Made by a program: the position numbers and the translations under genes. From contig JAUFOR010000002.1 in NCBI GenBank assembly GCA_040285745.1, forward strand, positions 806,001 through 870,000: a stretch of 64,000 nucleotides of DNA, written 5' to 3'. The notes under the pieces are model-generated. The model had not been told where the DNA came from. It saw only the letters and a list, made by a program, of their open reading frames with translations, and ran no database searches. This DNA is from Barthelona sp. PCE. Its lineage: Eukaryota. Below, in pieces: positions 1-9,161 of the stretch (positions are counted from its first letter, which is position 1; every line of letters begins with the position of its first letter).

Positions 1-17
1 ATGATTCGTTCTTAGTT

Positions 18-1694
18 ATGGATGGAAATAGTAGTATTCACAGATTCCCGTTTAAAAACACTGGCGAGCCACCTCAATCCGTACCACCAGGGTTACAAAG
101 CAAAGTGCAAGGTGTTTTTCTTGATTCTAGCTATTTTGTTGGGTTCACCAAAAGATACATATATCTTCAGTGCCTAAAGACCCAGGATGAGCACACTTTG
201 TACTCGTTAGATCAACAACCTCTGTACTCATCGTCGTTCCAAGACATATGGATGATGTCTGCCTTTCGCATGATTTTTGTTACACACAAACATGGCACTA
301 TTGTTATTACTTTCCCTGAAGGAGACCCCGTTATTAACGGAGAGGTAAGTGTCTCGATTGAAGAGAACGACTTCTTGTGCATGCCATGCGTAAATGTTAA
401 AAACGCTTATGTTGAGTCAGTACCACGAACATCAGATTTTTCGAAGAATGGCATTGTTATTCTTCGGGGGGATGATCGATTGCGCTTTTCGTTACATGTT
501 CCACCTAGGCAGACTGTTTTTGTTGATAATATGATGATAAGAAATGGTGAAGTGGAGAGTTGCTGTCTCCTCATTCAGTCACTAATTACTGGCCTTTTCA
601 TCTGGCGCAAGCCATCTGATGGCCCTGTGGAAAGTAAGCGTATTGATTTCCCTCCTGGACCACTTTTCAGTGTCGCACAAAGCGTGCTGGAAATTGGAAC
701 TCAGTTCACCAGTCGTTTTGTCTCTGTAGTGACTCCATATATGAGAATACACGATGTTATACCAGTGGACGGACGAGCTTTTCAATTTGAGCATCCAAAT
801 GGAATGGTCTGTGTTATGAACAACTACTTAAAAGGAGTGAGAGGCTTGCTTCCTCAGCAGCTTCTCTTTGACTTTGAGAATAACGTTCTGCTGATTGCAC
901 AGGATAAGATACAATACTTCCACACGCTCTCATACAACAACCATGTGCTTCAATGTGAAGATTACGTGGTTGACGTGAGTGTAGGTCTGGGTGTGACAAA
1001 ACGATGCTTTCCTGGTCATAAAAACTCATGTATCTGCGACGATATCCTCTTCACAACGAAGGAAGATACCGTATGGTCACATGGAAACGTTATTGGAAAC
1101 CTTTTCGATGAAGATGGCCCTGTGACGATTCGTAGCATGGCTGTTAACCGTAAGTACGTTGTTTGCTGCGCATTCGGCATGATATACGTCCTAGTACGTG
1201 ATCCTGAAAATCCTTTCAAAATCACAGGCATGTTTTTCGAAGAGTACGTCACTGGAGATTCTCCTGTTATAGGACCAAATCCTTTTGATGAAGATGTGTT
1301 TGTTCTTTACAACTACGCTTTCCGTATTGACCCTGTCGCCCAACGCATCCAACGTTTCAGATCGCGCTGTGATGGAGTGTTTGTTGCAGAAAATATGACT
1401 GTGTGTTTTGGGTTTGTACCTGCCATTTCATATTTACGTGATGACGATACTGGGTTGTATATAGAGCGCATTCCTATCAAATGTGATGGAGTGGGCAACG
1501 CTATTCCCTTCCGCAGAAAAGAAACACCCAAAAACAGCTTCCATTTACTCATGGCCGAAGGATACAACTTAATGCTGCATACTTTCACTGTTAATGAGGA
1601 TGAGAAATGCATGGATAGAGGGGAAGACGAGTATCTCTGTGATATCAGACAGTATTTGTCCGAACTACGTGAAATACGTTCTGTCTGTCAGTAA
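18..1694 (+). CDS. Hypothetical protein, 558 aa, beta-strand-rich (possibly beta-propeller); may extend 5' beyond the window
   Basis: Long ORF whose frame stays open to the window start. The stop TAA lies inside AGTAAA. No recognisable family motif. Confidence 0.75.
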   Translation: MDGNSSIHRFPFKNTGEPPQSVPPGLQSKVQGVFLDSSYFVGFTKRYIYLQCLKTQDEHTLYSLDQQPLYSSSFQDIWMMSAFRMIFVTHKHGTIVITFPEGDPVINGEVSVSIEENDFLCMPCVNVKNAYVESVPRTSDFSKNGIVILRGDDRLRFSLHVPPRQTVFVDNMMIRNGEVESCCLLIQSLITGLFIWRKPSDGPVESKRIDFPPGPLFSVAQSVLEIGTQFTSRFVSVVTPYMRIHDVIPVDGRAFQFEHPNGMVCVMNNYLKGVRGLLPQQLLFDFENNVLLIAQDKIQYFHTLSYNNHVLQCEDYVVDVSVGLGVTKRCFPGHKNSCICDDILFTTKEDTVWSHGNVIGNLFDEDGPVTIRSMAVNRKYVVCCAFGMIYVLVRDPENPFKITGMFFEEYVTGDSPVIGPNPFDEDVFVLYNYAFRIDPVAQRIQRFRSRCDGVFVAENMTVCFGFVPAISYLRDDDTGLYIERIPIKCDGVGNAIPFRRKETPKNSFHLLMAEGYNLMLHTFTVNEDEKCMDRGEDEYLCDIRQYLSELREIRSVCQ

Positions 1695-1710
1695 AAATGC
1701 CTTTAACAAT

Positions 1711-2175
1711 TTATTGTTCGTATTTTGTTGAGATCTCTTCTATATGAGTGGTAGACACGTCTGGGTGCAGTGTGGCGACCTTTAAGGGGCCCAAAGTATC
1801 TTTAAACGCGAGATTAAGATTCTTTAAAAACGCAATGAACTCTGTTGGATAATTTTCCTGCTTTTTCCTATTATGGATCTTCATCAAGTCAAAACGTATT
1901 CTTGAGATCGAATTTTCGTTTGCCCAGTCCATAATATGTTCCCAATTCTCGCTACTGTGCAAAGTTGAACGAGATTCAAGCGGCTGTATGGATTGGGGAA
2001 TGTTTGCTTCTGGATAGGCGTGGTTAATAAGTTCAATAAGGTCATCGCCGAGCTTTAAATCTGCAGATAGAGCACCAGCATTAACGTAAGTACGAATGTA
2101 TCTGAGAGTTTCAACCGGTGTGTAGATGTTATCTTGACGCTTATGCTTCCTGATTTGGCTCTGAATCTCGGACAT
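1711..2175 (-). CDS. Hypothetical protein (~154 aa)
   Basis: ORF with first ATG at 2175 (MSEIQ) after a T-rich leader. The stop lies inside AATAAA. It converges on the upstream gene with a 16 bp gap. Confidence 0.6.
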   Translation of the reverse strand: MSEIQSQIRKHKRQDNIYTPVETLRYIRTYVNAGALSADLKLGDDLIELINHAYPEANIPQSIQPLESRSTLHSSENWEHIMDWANENSISRIRFDLMKIHNRKKQENYPTEFIAFLKNLNLAFKDTLGPLKVATLHPDVSTTHIEEISTKYEQ

Positions 2176-2365
2176 CTCTTGAATAACTCTGAAAAAATAA
2201 AAACACAAGAAAAAATGGTTCGTAACCCATTTTTATAGTCTTTTCTAATCTGAAACGGGCAATAAATCACCATAATCAGATGTACACGGTCATAAAAACA
2301 CCATTACAGAAAAGAAAAAAAGGTATTCATTAAAAACCTCGTTTTCCTTTAAACCCACTTTTCCA

Positions 2366-3700
2366 ATGACAAACGTACATGAATCCGCCTATAGACACGA
2401 CGAGAGTATCAATCTCACGTCATTCGAGTCCTCTGACAATAACAACTACTACTGTGTTCTAACAATCGAATGCATTGCCTACTTTCTTTTGTTCCATTTT
2501 GTTAACGTTTTTCCTGCATATATATACCGTTACGGTATATTATATCCAAATTTCAGAGTGCTGTACTATTTTCCAGTCCTAATTAGTGCATTCTGCATGC
2601 CATATGTCGTGCAACTCGTCCGTGGTTTCACCAGCAACGGGAAGGTGTACGCTCTACAGAAAGCATTCAGCGCAGCATTCACCTTTATAATCCTTAGTTT
2701 TATACCAGAACCGTACATTGCAACATTGTGCTCTGGTACTGGAATGGGTGTCACTCTACTTGTAATCCCAATGTGCACAACGATGTTCGACGAGGTATAT
2801 GGTCAGACAATCACCAGAGCTGCATACCTCAACACCTTCTTCAGTACCATAGCTATGGGGCTGGGAATGTTTGTTCATTTTGTATGGACCATCCCTACAG
2901 GTGGAGTGCTCACATATGGTAACTACACGCTAACTGGGTGCACAGTTATAATTCTTGGGTTCATCGCTCTGTACCAATCAACAAAAAAACTAAAAATTGC
3001 AAGCTCCATCAACTACGGTTTTCCGTCACGGAATCCGTGCTTTGGATGCGTTCAGTCGTGGGTAAAGGGGGCGCGTGGTGTGTGGAGAGATGCAAAGTGG
3101 TTGAGTATACAATCACTCACGTCCACAATCATTGAATACTTTTGTCTTTTCTTCTACTCAACAATTATGACTTACTCCTTTTCAGACCTGGGACCGACCG
3201 CATCGAGCTTCTCAGGAAGCATAGTGTTCACACCACTGTACGGCACATGGATATTCGTTAGCATTGAGCAGTGTATATATAATCTGAATTCGCTGAATAT
3301 GGCAGCTAGTCTCATGTTCCTTGTTCCTTGGCTCATCATTTGCGTTTCAAAGACAGGCCAGAATGACCCTTTCATCATCTCTATGCTGTCACAGATATTC
3401 CTGATGTCACCAACACGAATGAAGGCGTATGCAAGACAGGGACAATGCTCTAAAACAACAAATTTTGAGATGGGTATACGACACTCATCAGCCATGGACT
3501 CCATCACGTTCATTGTTCTCGCAGCGATGGTTATCGCTGCCAACACTACTGTTATTATATGGGTAATTCTAGTGGTATCAGTGCTGAACTTAATCAGTGC
3601 CAACCGGGCTCGATCCACTGGAGAGGTCTTCGAGAAGGAGAGAGACGCGCTGGTCAAATACCCAGTTAGCAATAGATACCTCACATCAATGGGTAGATGA
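2366..3700 (+). CDS. Multi-pass membrane protein, possibly a transporter
   Basis: 444 aa ORF with about 10-12 hydrophobic segments. Family not recognised. Confidence 0.7.
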   Translation: MTNVHESAYRHDESINLTSFESSDNNNYYCVLTIECIAYFLLFHFVNVFPAYIYRYGILYPNFRVLYYFPVLISAFCMPYVVQLVRGFTSNGKVYALQKAFSAAFTFIILSFIPEPYIATLCSGTGMGVTLLVIPMCTTMFDEVYGQTITRAAYLNTFFSTIAMGLGMFVHFVWTIPTGGVLTYGNYTLTGCTVIILGFIALYQSTKKLKIASSINYGFPSRNPCFGCVQSWVKGARGVWRDAKWLSIQSLTSTIIEYFCLFFYSTIMTYSFSDLGPTASSFSGSIVFTPLYGTWIFVSIEQCIYNLNSLNMAASLMFLVPWLIICVSKTGQNDPFIISMLSQIFLMSPTRMKAYARQGQCSKTTNFEMGIRHSSAMDSITFIVLAAMVIAANTTVIIWVILVVSVLNLISANRARSTGEVFEKERDALVKYPVSNRYLTSMGR

Positions 3701-3713
3701 AAATAAAAATATT

Positions 3714-5309
3714 CTACAATTTGTTACGGAAATACTGCTTGAGTTTATCAATGGGTCTAGTTAGGATAGAGTGCGAAATGCGACGGATGAGATTACCTGA
3801 CAGTGAAAGAGATCGTAACGATTCCATGTGGCCCAATTCAAACAATGGAGTACTAATGCTGTTGTTGGAAAAGTCAAGAACGGTCAATGGAAGATCAAGA
3901 AGCCAGCGTGGCATCTCTGATATCTGGTTATCACTCACTATAAGCTCAGAGAGAGCTTCACATTGGCTGATCCAATGGGGTAGTTCAGTCAATCGCAAAC
4001 CGCTCAGGTTAAGATGGGTGATGCGACCAGCGAACTCTGGTGCACGTGAGAAGAATAGAGAGGCGCCGCAGGGATTAAACCCACAATCCAAAAACTTAAT
4101 GCTTGGTAAATGCTGGAGTACACCAACATTCTCGACTCTGTTTGAACTTATGCGCAATGTTTCGAGTCTTGGACATTGTTCTAACTCGGCAACAGAACGG
4201 ATCATATTCCGGGAAGCTTCAAGTGTAACAAGATTAGCAGACACTGGTGGAAGTTCAGTCAACTTCCTACCTTCAATGTTAATGATCGACTGATCATTGT
4301 TACAAACACCAATATCCTCCTGAATAGTCTGCTGCTCAACTGCCGGAAGCTGTCTCTCCAATCTTTTGAGAATATTAACTGTTGATACGTTCATCAGATT
4401 ACCGAGCCCACGTAACATATTTCCCTCGACCTTCAGTACTCTTAGTTTCTTCAACAAACAAAGTTCCGCCGGGAGCGTGCGTAAATCATTCCTGGCAATA
4501 TTCAACCTTTCTAGCTGTAACAAAGTAACAACTGTATCAGGGATCGATCTCAGGTTATTTGATTCTAGAATAAGAACTTGTAGCGTCTCAATCCTCTCAA
4601 AACCTTCGAATGAGGAGATGCGGTTGTTAGACGCGTTGATTTGGATGATATTTGGAGGTAATTCCCTCATGTCCGATAGTGCATTAAATGAGACATCAAG
4701 CTCTGTTAGCATTTCCTGATCACCCAACACTAAATCTGTTAACCGATTATGGGACGCATCCAGCTTCTGTAAGGAGCTGCGTTGAAGGACGAGCTCGTCA
4801 AGATGGCAATTATTAACCGTTAGATGACGTAAATTTGGACAGTTTATGTTTAACGAACTGAGATAGTTATCACTTAGATCGATAACTTGAAGTGTATGTG
4901 ATGTTAATTCTCGAAGGTTAAGGCGGTTAGCTTTGGCAAATAACTGACTAGCGGTAAAAAAACCTGCACTAAGCTGTTTCAGTCGGTTATTCGACACATC
5001 CACAAGAACGACGCTTGATGGAATTACATCGTCTGAAATATGCTCCAATTCATTATTGCGCACAACAAAAACCTTGAGTTCAGGAAAGCGTGCAAAAGAA
5101 CCATCGATCTTCTGAATATTGCAGTTAATAATCTCAATGCGCTTGAGTGGTTCTATCTCCCAGAACGGCACGTCCATACGCAGTTCATCAAGAATATAAC
5201 AATTCTGAGGTAATTTCCCATCGGAAAATTCCATGCCTTGTATTTTGAGGTTTCCCGACCTCTGTGCGGTTGAAAAGACATTATTTAGACCGTTTGATGC
5301 TGATTGCAT
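3714..5309 (-). CDS. Leucine-rich repeat protein, LRRC40-like
   Basis: Many LxxLxLxxNxL repeats. The N-terminal AQRSGNLKI..PFWEIEPL and the C-terminal ELGHMESLRSLSLSGN..LKQYFRNKL resemble the LRRC40 caps. First ATG at 5309. Confidence 0.8.
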   Translation of the reverse strand: MQSASNGLNNVFSTAQRSGNLKIQGMEFSDGKLPQNCYILDELRMDVPFWEIEPLKRIEIINCNIQKIDGSFARFPELKVFVVRNNELEHISDDVIPSSVVLVDVSNNRLKQLSAGFFTASQLFAKANRLNLRELTSHTLQVIDLSDNYLSSLNINCPNLRHLTVNNCHLDELVLQRSSLQKLDASHNRLTDLVLGDQEMLTELDVSFNALSDMRELPPNIIQINASNNRISSFEGFERIETLQVLILESNNLRSIPDTVVTLLQLERLNIARNDLRTLPAELCLLKKLRVLKVEGNMLRGLGNLMNVSTVNILKRLERQLPAVEQQTIQEDIGVCNNDQSIINIEGRKLTELPPVSANLVTLEASRNMIRSVAELEQCPRLETLRISSNRVENVGVLQHLPSIKFLDCGFNPCGASLFFSRAPEFAGRITHLNLSGLRLTELPHWISQCEALSELIVSDNQISEMPRWLLDLPLTVLDFSNNSISTPLFELGHMESLRSLSLSGNLIRRISHSILTRPIDKLKQYFRNKL

Positions 5310-5750
5310 ATTCAAAACAATTTGGGAAAAGATTAAAAAAGTAGAAACAACAAAAAATGATCAGATACAGAATTTATTGTGAAGTATTAAAGTCGATTAT
5401 TGATATAGAAATGGTCACATTCATTACTCATTAAAAAAACAAAAACTACAATGAGCCAAATATAATTATCTCCACTACAACATTTATATGACTAATTAAG
5501 AATACTATGATTCGTCAATTTGCATATTTATTATATTTATCAATGATAAATCCTGGAAAAGAGAGGCAATTCTCAAAATACAAGTGGTGGTCTTTAGTAT
5601 TGATCATACATCCATTTTTATGTGGATGAATATGTAAAATAACACCGCATTTGTTCTACTAACACTGCAATATTCTGGAATTCATCACCCAAACATAAAA
5701 GAAGGATTCATGACCATTCCTTTTAAATACCCTTTTCATAATAGTTACAC

Positions 5751-6257
5751 ATGATCGGTTTTGCGTTATCCCGTGCTATCCAGCACCTCCTTACACTTAT
5801 TGCTGTTTATAAGTCCTTTAAAGCACTTCAAACACCCGAAACAAGTGATGACAGTCGTTTACTGACATTCTGGATCGTTTTTGGACTGTTTTCTGTTATT
5901 GAAAATATCGCAAGTATCGTTATTGCTTGGCTTCCACTTTATTATGAACTTAAGATTGCTTTTACCGCTTATCTTATGCTGCGCAACTTCAAAGGCTCTT
6001 TAAAGATGTACACTGAGTACGTACACCCTTGGTTATGCCTTAACGAGGATCAGTTTGATGCGTGGATTGACTCCAGCAATGGTTTTATCAAGAAGAAGTT
6101 CAGCATCATGATGCGCAACAACATCAACCGTATCATCAACATCATCGCCAAGTTCAAGGGTGCTTCAAAGAACGTTGTTGAAGCTGCTGCTAAAGGTGCT
6201 GTTGAAGCTGACAAAGCCCCTATCCGCGAACAAGAACAAGAAGAGAAAGACGAGTAG
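5751..6257 (+). CDS. TB2/DP1/HVA22 (REEP/Yop1) family ER-shaping protein
   Basis: Family motif YKSFKAL..DDSRLLTFWIVFG..WLPLYYELKIAF..GSLKMY..YVHP. Confidence 0.9.
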   Translation: MIGFALSRAIQHLLTLIAVYKSFKALQTPETSDDSRLLTFWIVFGLFSVIENIASIVIAWLPLYYELKIAFTAYLMLRNFKGSLKMYTEYVHPWLCLNEDQFDAWIDSSNGFIKKKFSIMMRNNINRIINIIAKFKGASKNVVEAAAKGAVEADKAPIREQEQEEKDE

Positions 6258-6418
6258 GCAAACATGCCCTGTTGTGGGCTGACAATCATGTGTGTCAGTG
6301 AATAGTAAAAACGTTTCAGCTATTGTATTTATTGTTTGTAATTGAACTACCCTTTGTTCTTCATAAACAACGAAGTGGTCCTTCCATTAACCATTATCTA
6401 TCGAGTGCTACGAAAATA

Positions 6419-7444
6419 TTAAAGTGTATCAAAATATGCAAGTGCAAGGGGTAGGGCCTCTTCAGTACGAATTGTACGTGAACCCTGTGTGGGAAGGAAG
6501 TTCCACCAGAAGTTGAACAGATCTTCAACTTTTTCAATGCCACGCTTGTTCTTACAGAAGCTGAATGCGTGCTCAAGACCTGCAAGACCACCTAGGACCA
6601 GTAAAACATGGTTAGATTTCTTTTTGGCCTCGCCTATAGGACCTGTGTCATTTGATCCACGTTCACTCAGTCCAATCACAGTATCATACGCAGGGATGCC
6701 GAGTACGGAGTTGTCAAACACCTCAAGGAGATCTCCTGCCATACGCACTTGATATCCCCAATAGTACCCCTTCATCATCGGTTCCTCAGGATCAACAACC
6801 GTACCGGGTAACTTACGACTTGTGTAGTCCATGCGGACAGTAACTCTGCTACGATCTGGAATGGACCCGCGTACCTTAATTGGCTTCTCAAGGCCAACGT
6901 TGACTGTTGTAGACACGTCATCGCTGAACATCGTTACTCCCTCACGATACTCACTCTTCTCAGTGATACGAACATGATGCGGTGCATCAAGAGGATTTAA
7001 AGCACCACAGTACTTCAGCACGTGGTCGTGTTGAAACAAAGCCTTACGCAAATACTGAGGAGTTTCAAGATACTGTAAGATTTTTGCCATATGTACATTA
7101 TAATCAACATGTTCATCCTTAACTTCGCTTTCCTTGTAAATAACAATCTCGTGGACACAGAAGATTGCACAAAAACGTGCAATATTACCCACAAGAACAG
7201 TTCTCAATTTCTCAGATTGTACGTTTTCGAGGATACTTCCCGGTAATGCAATGGTAAGGGTTTGGTCTGTTGAGGCCTGGCCCTTGAATGCTGAACTCAC
7301 AAGATGCGCTGTTGGTTCGTATTCGCGATCAAAATGATTCTTAAACCTTCTTCTGTACTGTTGCCCTTCTTCATCTTTTGCTGTGCTTTGTGTGCCAGGG
7401 TGCTTGTTGTTGGCAGTGCGCTGTTGCTTCTTAGGTAATGCCAT
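6419..7444 (-). CDS. SPOUT1: SPOUT methyltransferase, C9orf114/SPOUT1 family
   Basis: Motifs LTIALPGSIL, ILQYLETPQYLRK, LNPLDAPHH, YREG, GYYWGYQVR and QGSRTIRTEEA. Confidence 0.92.
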   Translation of the reverse strand: MALPKKQQRTANNKHPGTQSTAKDEEGQQYRRRFKNHFDREYEPTAHLVSSAFKGQASTDQTLTIALPGSILENVQSEKLRTVLVGNIARFCAIFCVHEIVIYKESEVKDEHVDYNVHMAKILQYLETPQYLRKALFQHDHVLKYCGALNPLDAPHHVRITEKSEYREGVTMFSDDVSTTVNVGLEKPIKVRGSIPDRSRVTVRMDYTSRKLPGTVVDPEEPMMKGYYWGYQVRMAGDLLEVFDNSVLGIPAYDTVIGLSERGSNDTGPIGEAKKKSNHVLLVLGGLAGLEHAFSFCKNKRGIEKVEDLFNFWWNFLPTQGSRTIRTEEALPLALAYFDTL

Positions 7445-8042
7445 TATATTGAATTATGAAATAAATATCAATACAGCTTTTCCTTCTTTTTTTTATTTCT
7501 CAACAGGTGTTTAATTGCTCTTTAACTCAAAAAAACTATATATCATCCACTAAATATTTTGATTTACAAATATACACTAATATATACTAGTTATAAAGAG
7601 TTAAGCATCAGATCAAATCATTTATACTTCAAATACATTACAGTAATCTTCAAATGTATAATAAAAAAGAAGTTTAATGCTTCTTGTGATATCAAAATTG
7701 CGCAGGCTAGCTGTTTATTGCTTTACGATTAGAAATGCTGGTTTTCACTTGTAAATCAACCTGAAATTAACAATAAACACATACAAAGCATGATAGATCG
7801 AAATGGTAAAAGAACAAATTTCTAAAAAAGAGATGAAATTATTCAATAATATGGGTTTTCCATGGTTTTAAATCAATAACAATACTTTGAATATATATAT
7901 TACATTCATATTCATACAATTATTACCACAAAAACATAAAAATGATCTACTCATAAAAGTCTCTTAACTTACTTTTTGTAAACATGATTATTGACTTCAC
8001 AGTACTGCTAAGAGAAAGTTTTAGGCGTACTTGATAATGGTC

Positions 8043-8544
8043 CTGATCAGGATGATCCTTCGTAGGAGGTTGTAAATTTACTTCGGAGTTAGACACTTGT
8101 ACGGGAGTTGCGAGCTCCCTCGAGTGCTGTGCTTGCACTGAGAATTGTTCTAGAGCCCTTTTTTTTTTTTTTAAAATAAAAGGGGAGAAAGAAATGATGT
8201 AAGTACTCACAGAGTACAAGAGGGAAGACCGCGTGTCTACTCCTCAGTAGATTTACTCCTACGAAATAGCGTGTTATTCACAAGCGTGCCGTAATTGATT
8301 TTGAACAGAGAATGGAATAGAACGTATGCGGGTGTATTTCAATTTCTCACCATTTTAAGGTTTCCTATTTATTTTATTGTATTATTTAGTAATTGAAATA
8401 CTACTATTTTTCAGTTGTATGGACTTCCAAACTCTGAAGAAGGTAGCCCGTATGCGGCACCATATCCGAACTTAGATCTCTGGAAAGAATCTGTTTACTC
8501 CCCTTACTACCCGTTAACATGGATGAGACTCTGGAAGAAAATCA
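8043..8544 (+). repeat. Element B, copy 1 (8043-8059 plus 8291-8544), interrupted by element A
   Basis: Reverse complement of 44972-45240. By eye, the 254-bp main part differs by 6 substitutions and one 2-bp indel. Confidence 0.9.
8060..8290 (+). mobile_element. Element A, copy 1: non-coding foldback/structured repeat (MITE-like or structured RNA)
   Basis: Begins TCGTAGGAG, which pairs with CTCCTACGA (8256-8264). Nested arms fold around a central T/A tract. Homologous to 29563-29767. Absent from the otherwise co-linear element B copy at 45 kb. Confidence 0.75.
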
Positions 8545-8549
8545 TTATT

Positions 8550-8719
8550 CGCTATTTCGTAGAAGTAAATCTACCGGAGGAGTAAGCACGCGATCCTTCT
8601 TTGAGTACTATGCGGTACTCATTTCATTTCTTTCTACCCTTCACTCGAATATTTTTTTATAGTAGTTAATTTGGTATTTTCAAAAAAATTCAATATCAAG
8701 GTCGAGGCAGCTAGTAACT
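8550..8719 (-). repeat. Element A, copy 3: inverted and partly degenerate
   Basis: 8550-8641 is the reverse complement of the right arm of A. 8702-8719 (TCGAGGCAGCTAGTAACT) matches the reverse complement of the copy-2 left arm at 16/18 positions. Confidence 0.8.
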
Positions 8720-9060
8720 ACTCCATCGGTTTGTATTTGTGGAAATGCTTGGTATCCACATTTAATAAAAATTTAAGTCTGGCAAACTAAGAATATGTGT
8801 AATGCTGAGGCGTGTTGTATTTACAGGTTTACTATGGAATAACCAGGTCATTGATACATTTTATATACATCTAATGCTCAAATGTGAATGAAAAGCAATT
8901 TCAGCTTTTCTGAAGAGTATAGAAGCATAAGATACATGTTTGGTTCCTGTCAGCACCCAAGTGTCTTAACCAAGCGCATGTAATAAGCTGGAGTATTAAA
9001 ACAGCGAATTCAAATTGAATTACCTTTTTTCCACTTTATATTGTGTATGAAACTGTAGAA

Positions 9061-9120
9061 AAGATCCGCAAAGTACATGCTCAGCGCTATGACAGCGTTG
9101 TGCGCATTTTTGCGGAGCTT
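9061..9120. promoter_or_regulatory. GC-rich imperfect inverted repeat just upstream of beta-tubulin
   Basis: Nested pairs TCCGCAAA/TTTGCGGA, ATGC/GCAT and CAGCGCT/AGCGTTG. Ends ~40 bp before the ATG. Confidence 0.35.
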
Positions 9121-9161
9121 TGTGCCCAAAAGGTTTTCTAACTTTTAGATACATTTTTTAA

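Noticed and set aside
8138-8194. Hammerhead-like CTGAGA...GAAA in element A, and CTGAAGA in element B (8433-8439)
   Set aside because: The cores do not match CUGANGA-stem II-GAAA with properly placed stems I and III, so no ribozyme is called.
7947-8219. 90-aa ORF across element A, and the 72-aa ORF at 44881-45099 across element B
   Set aside because: Neither is conserved in frame between repeat copies. The first runs through a variable-length T tract.
8360-8585. Intron-like GT..TTTTCAG followed by a short frame (YGLPNSEEGSPY...) in element B
   Set aside because: Splicing gives no extended ORF, and the second copy has a 2-bp frameshift in this frame.
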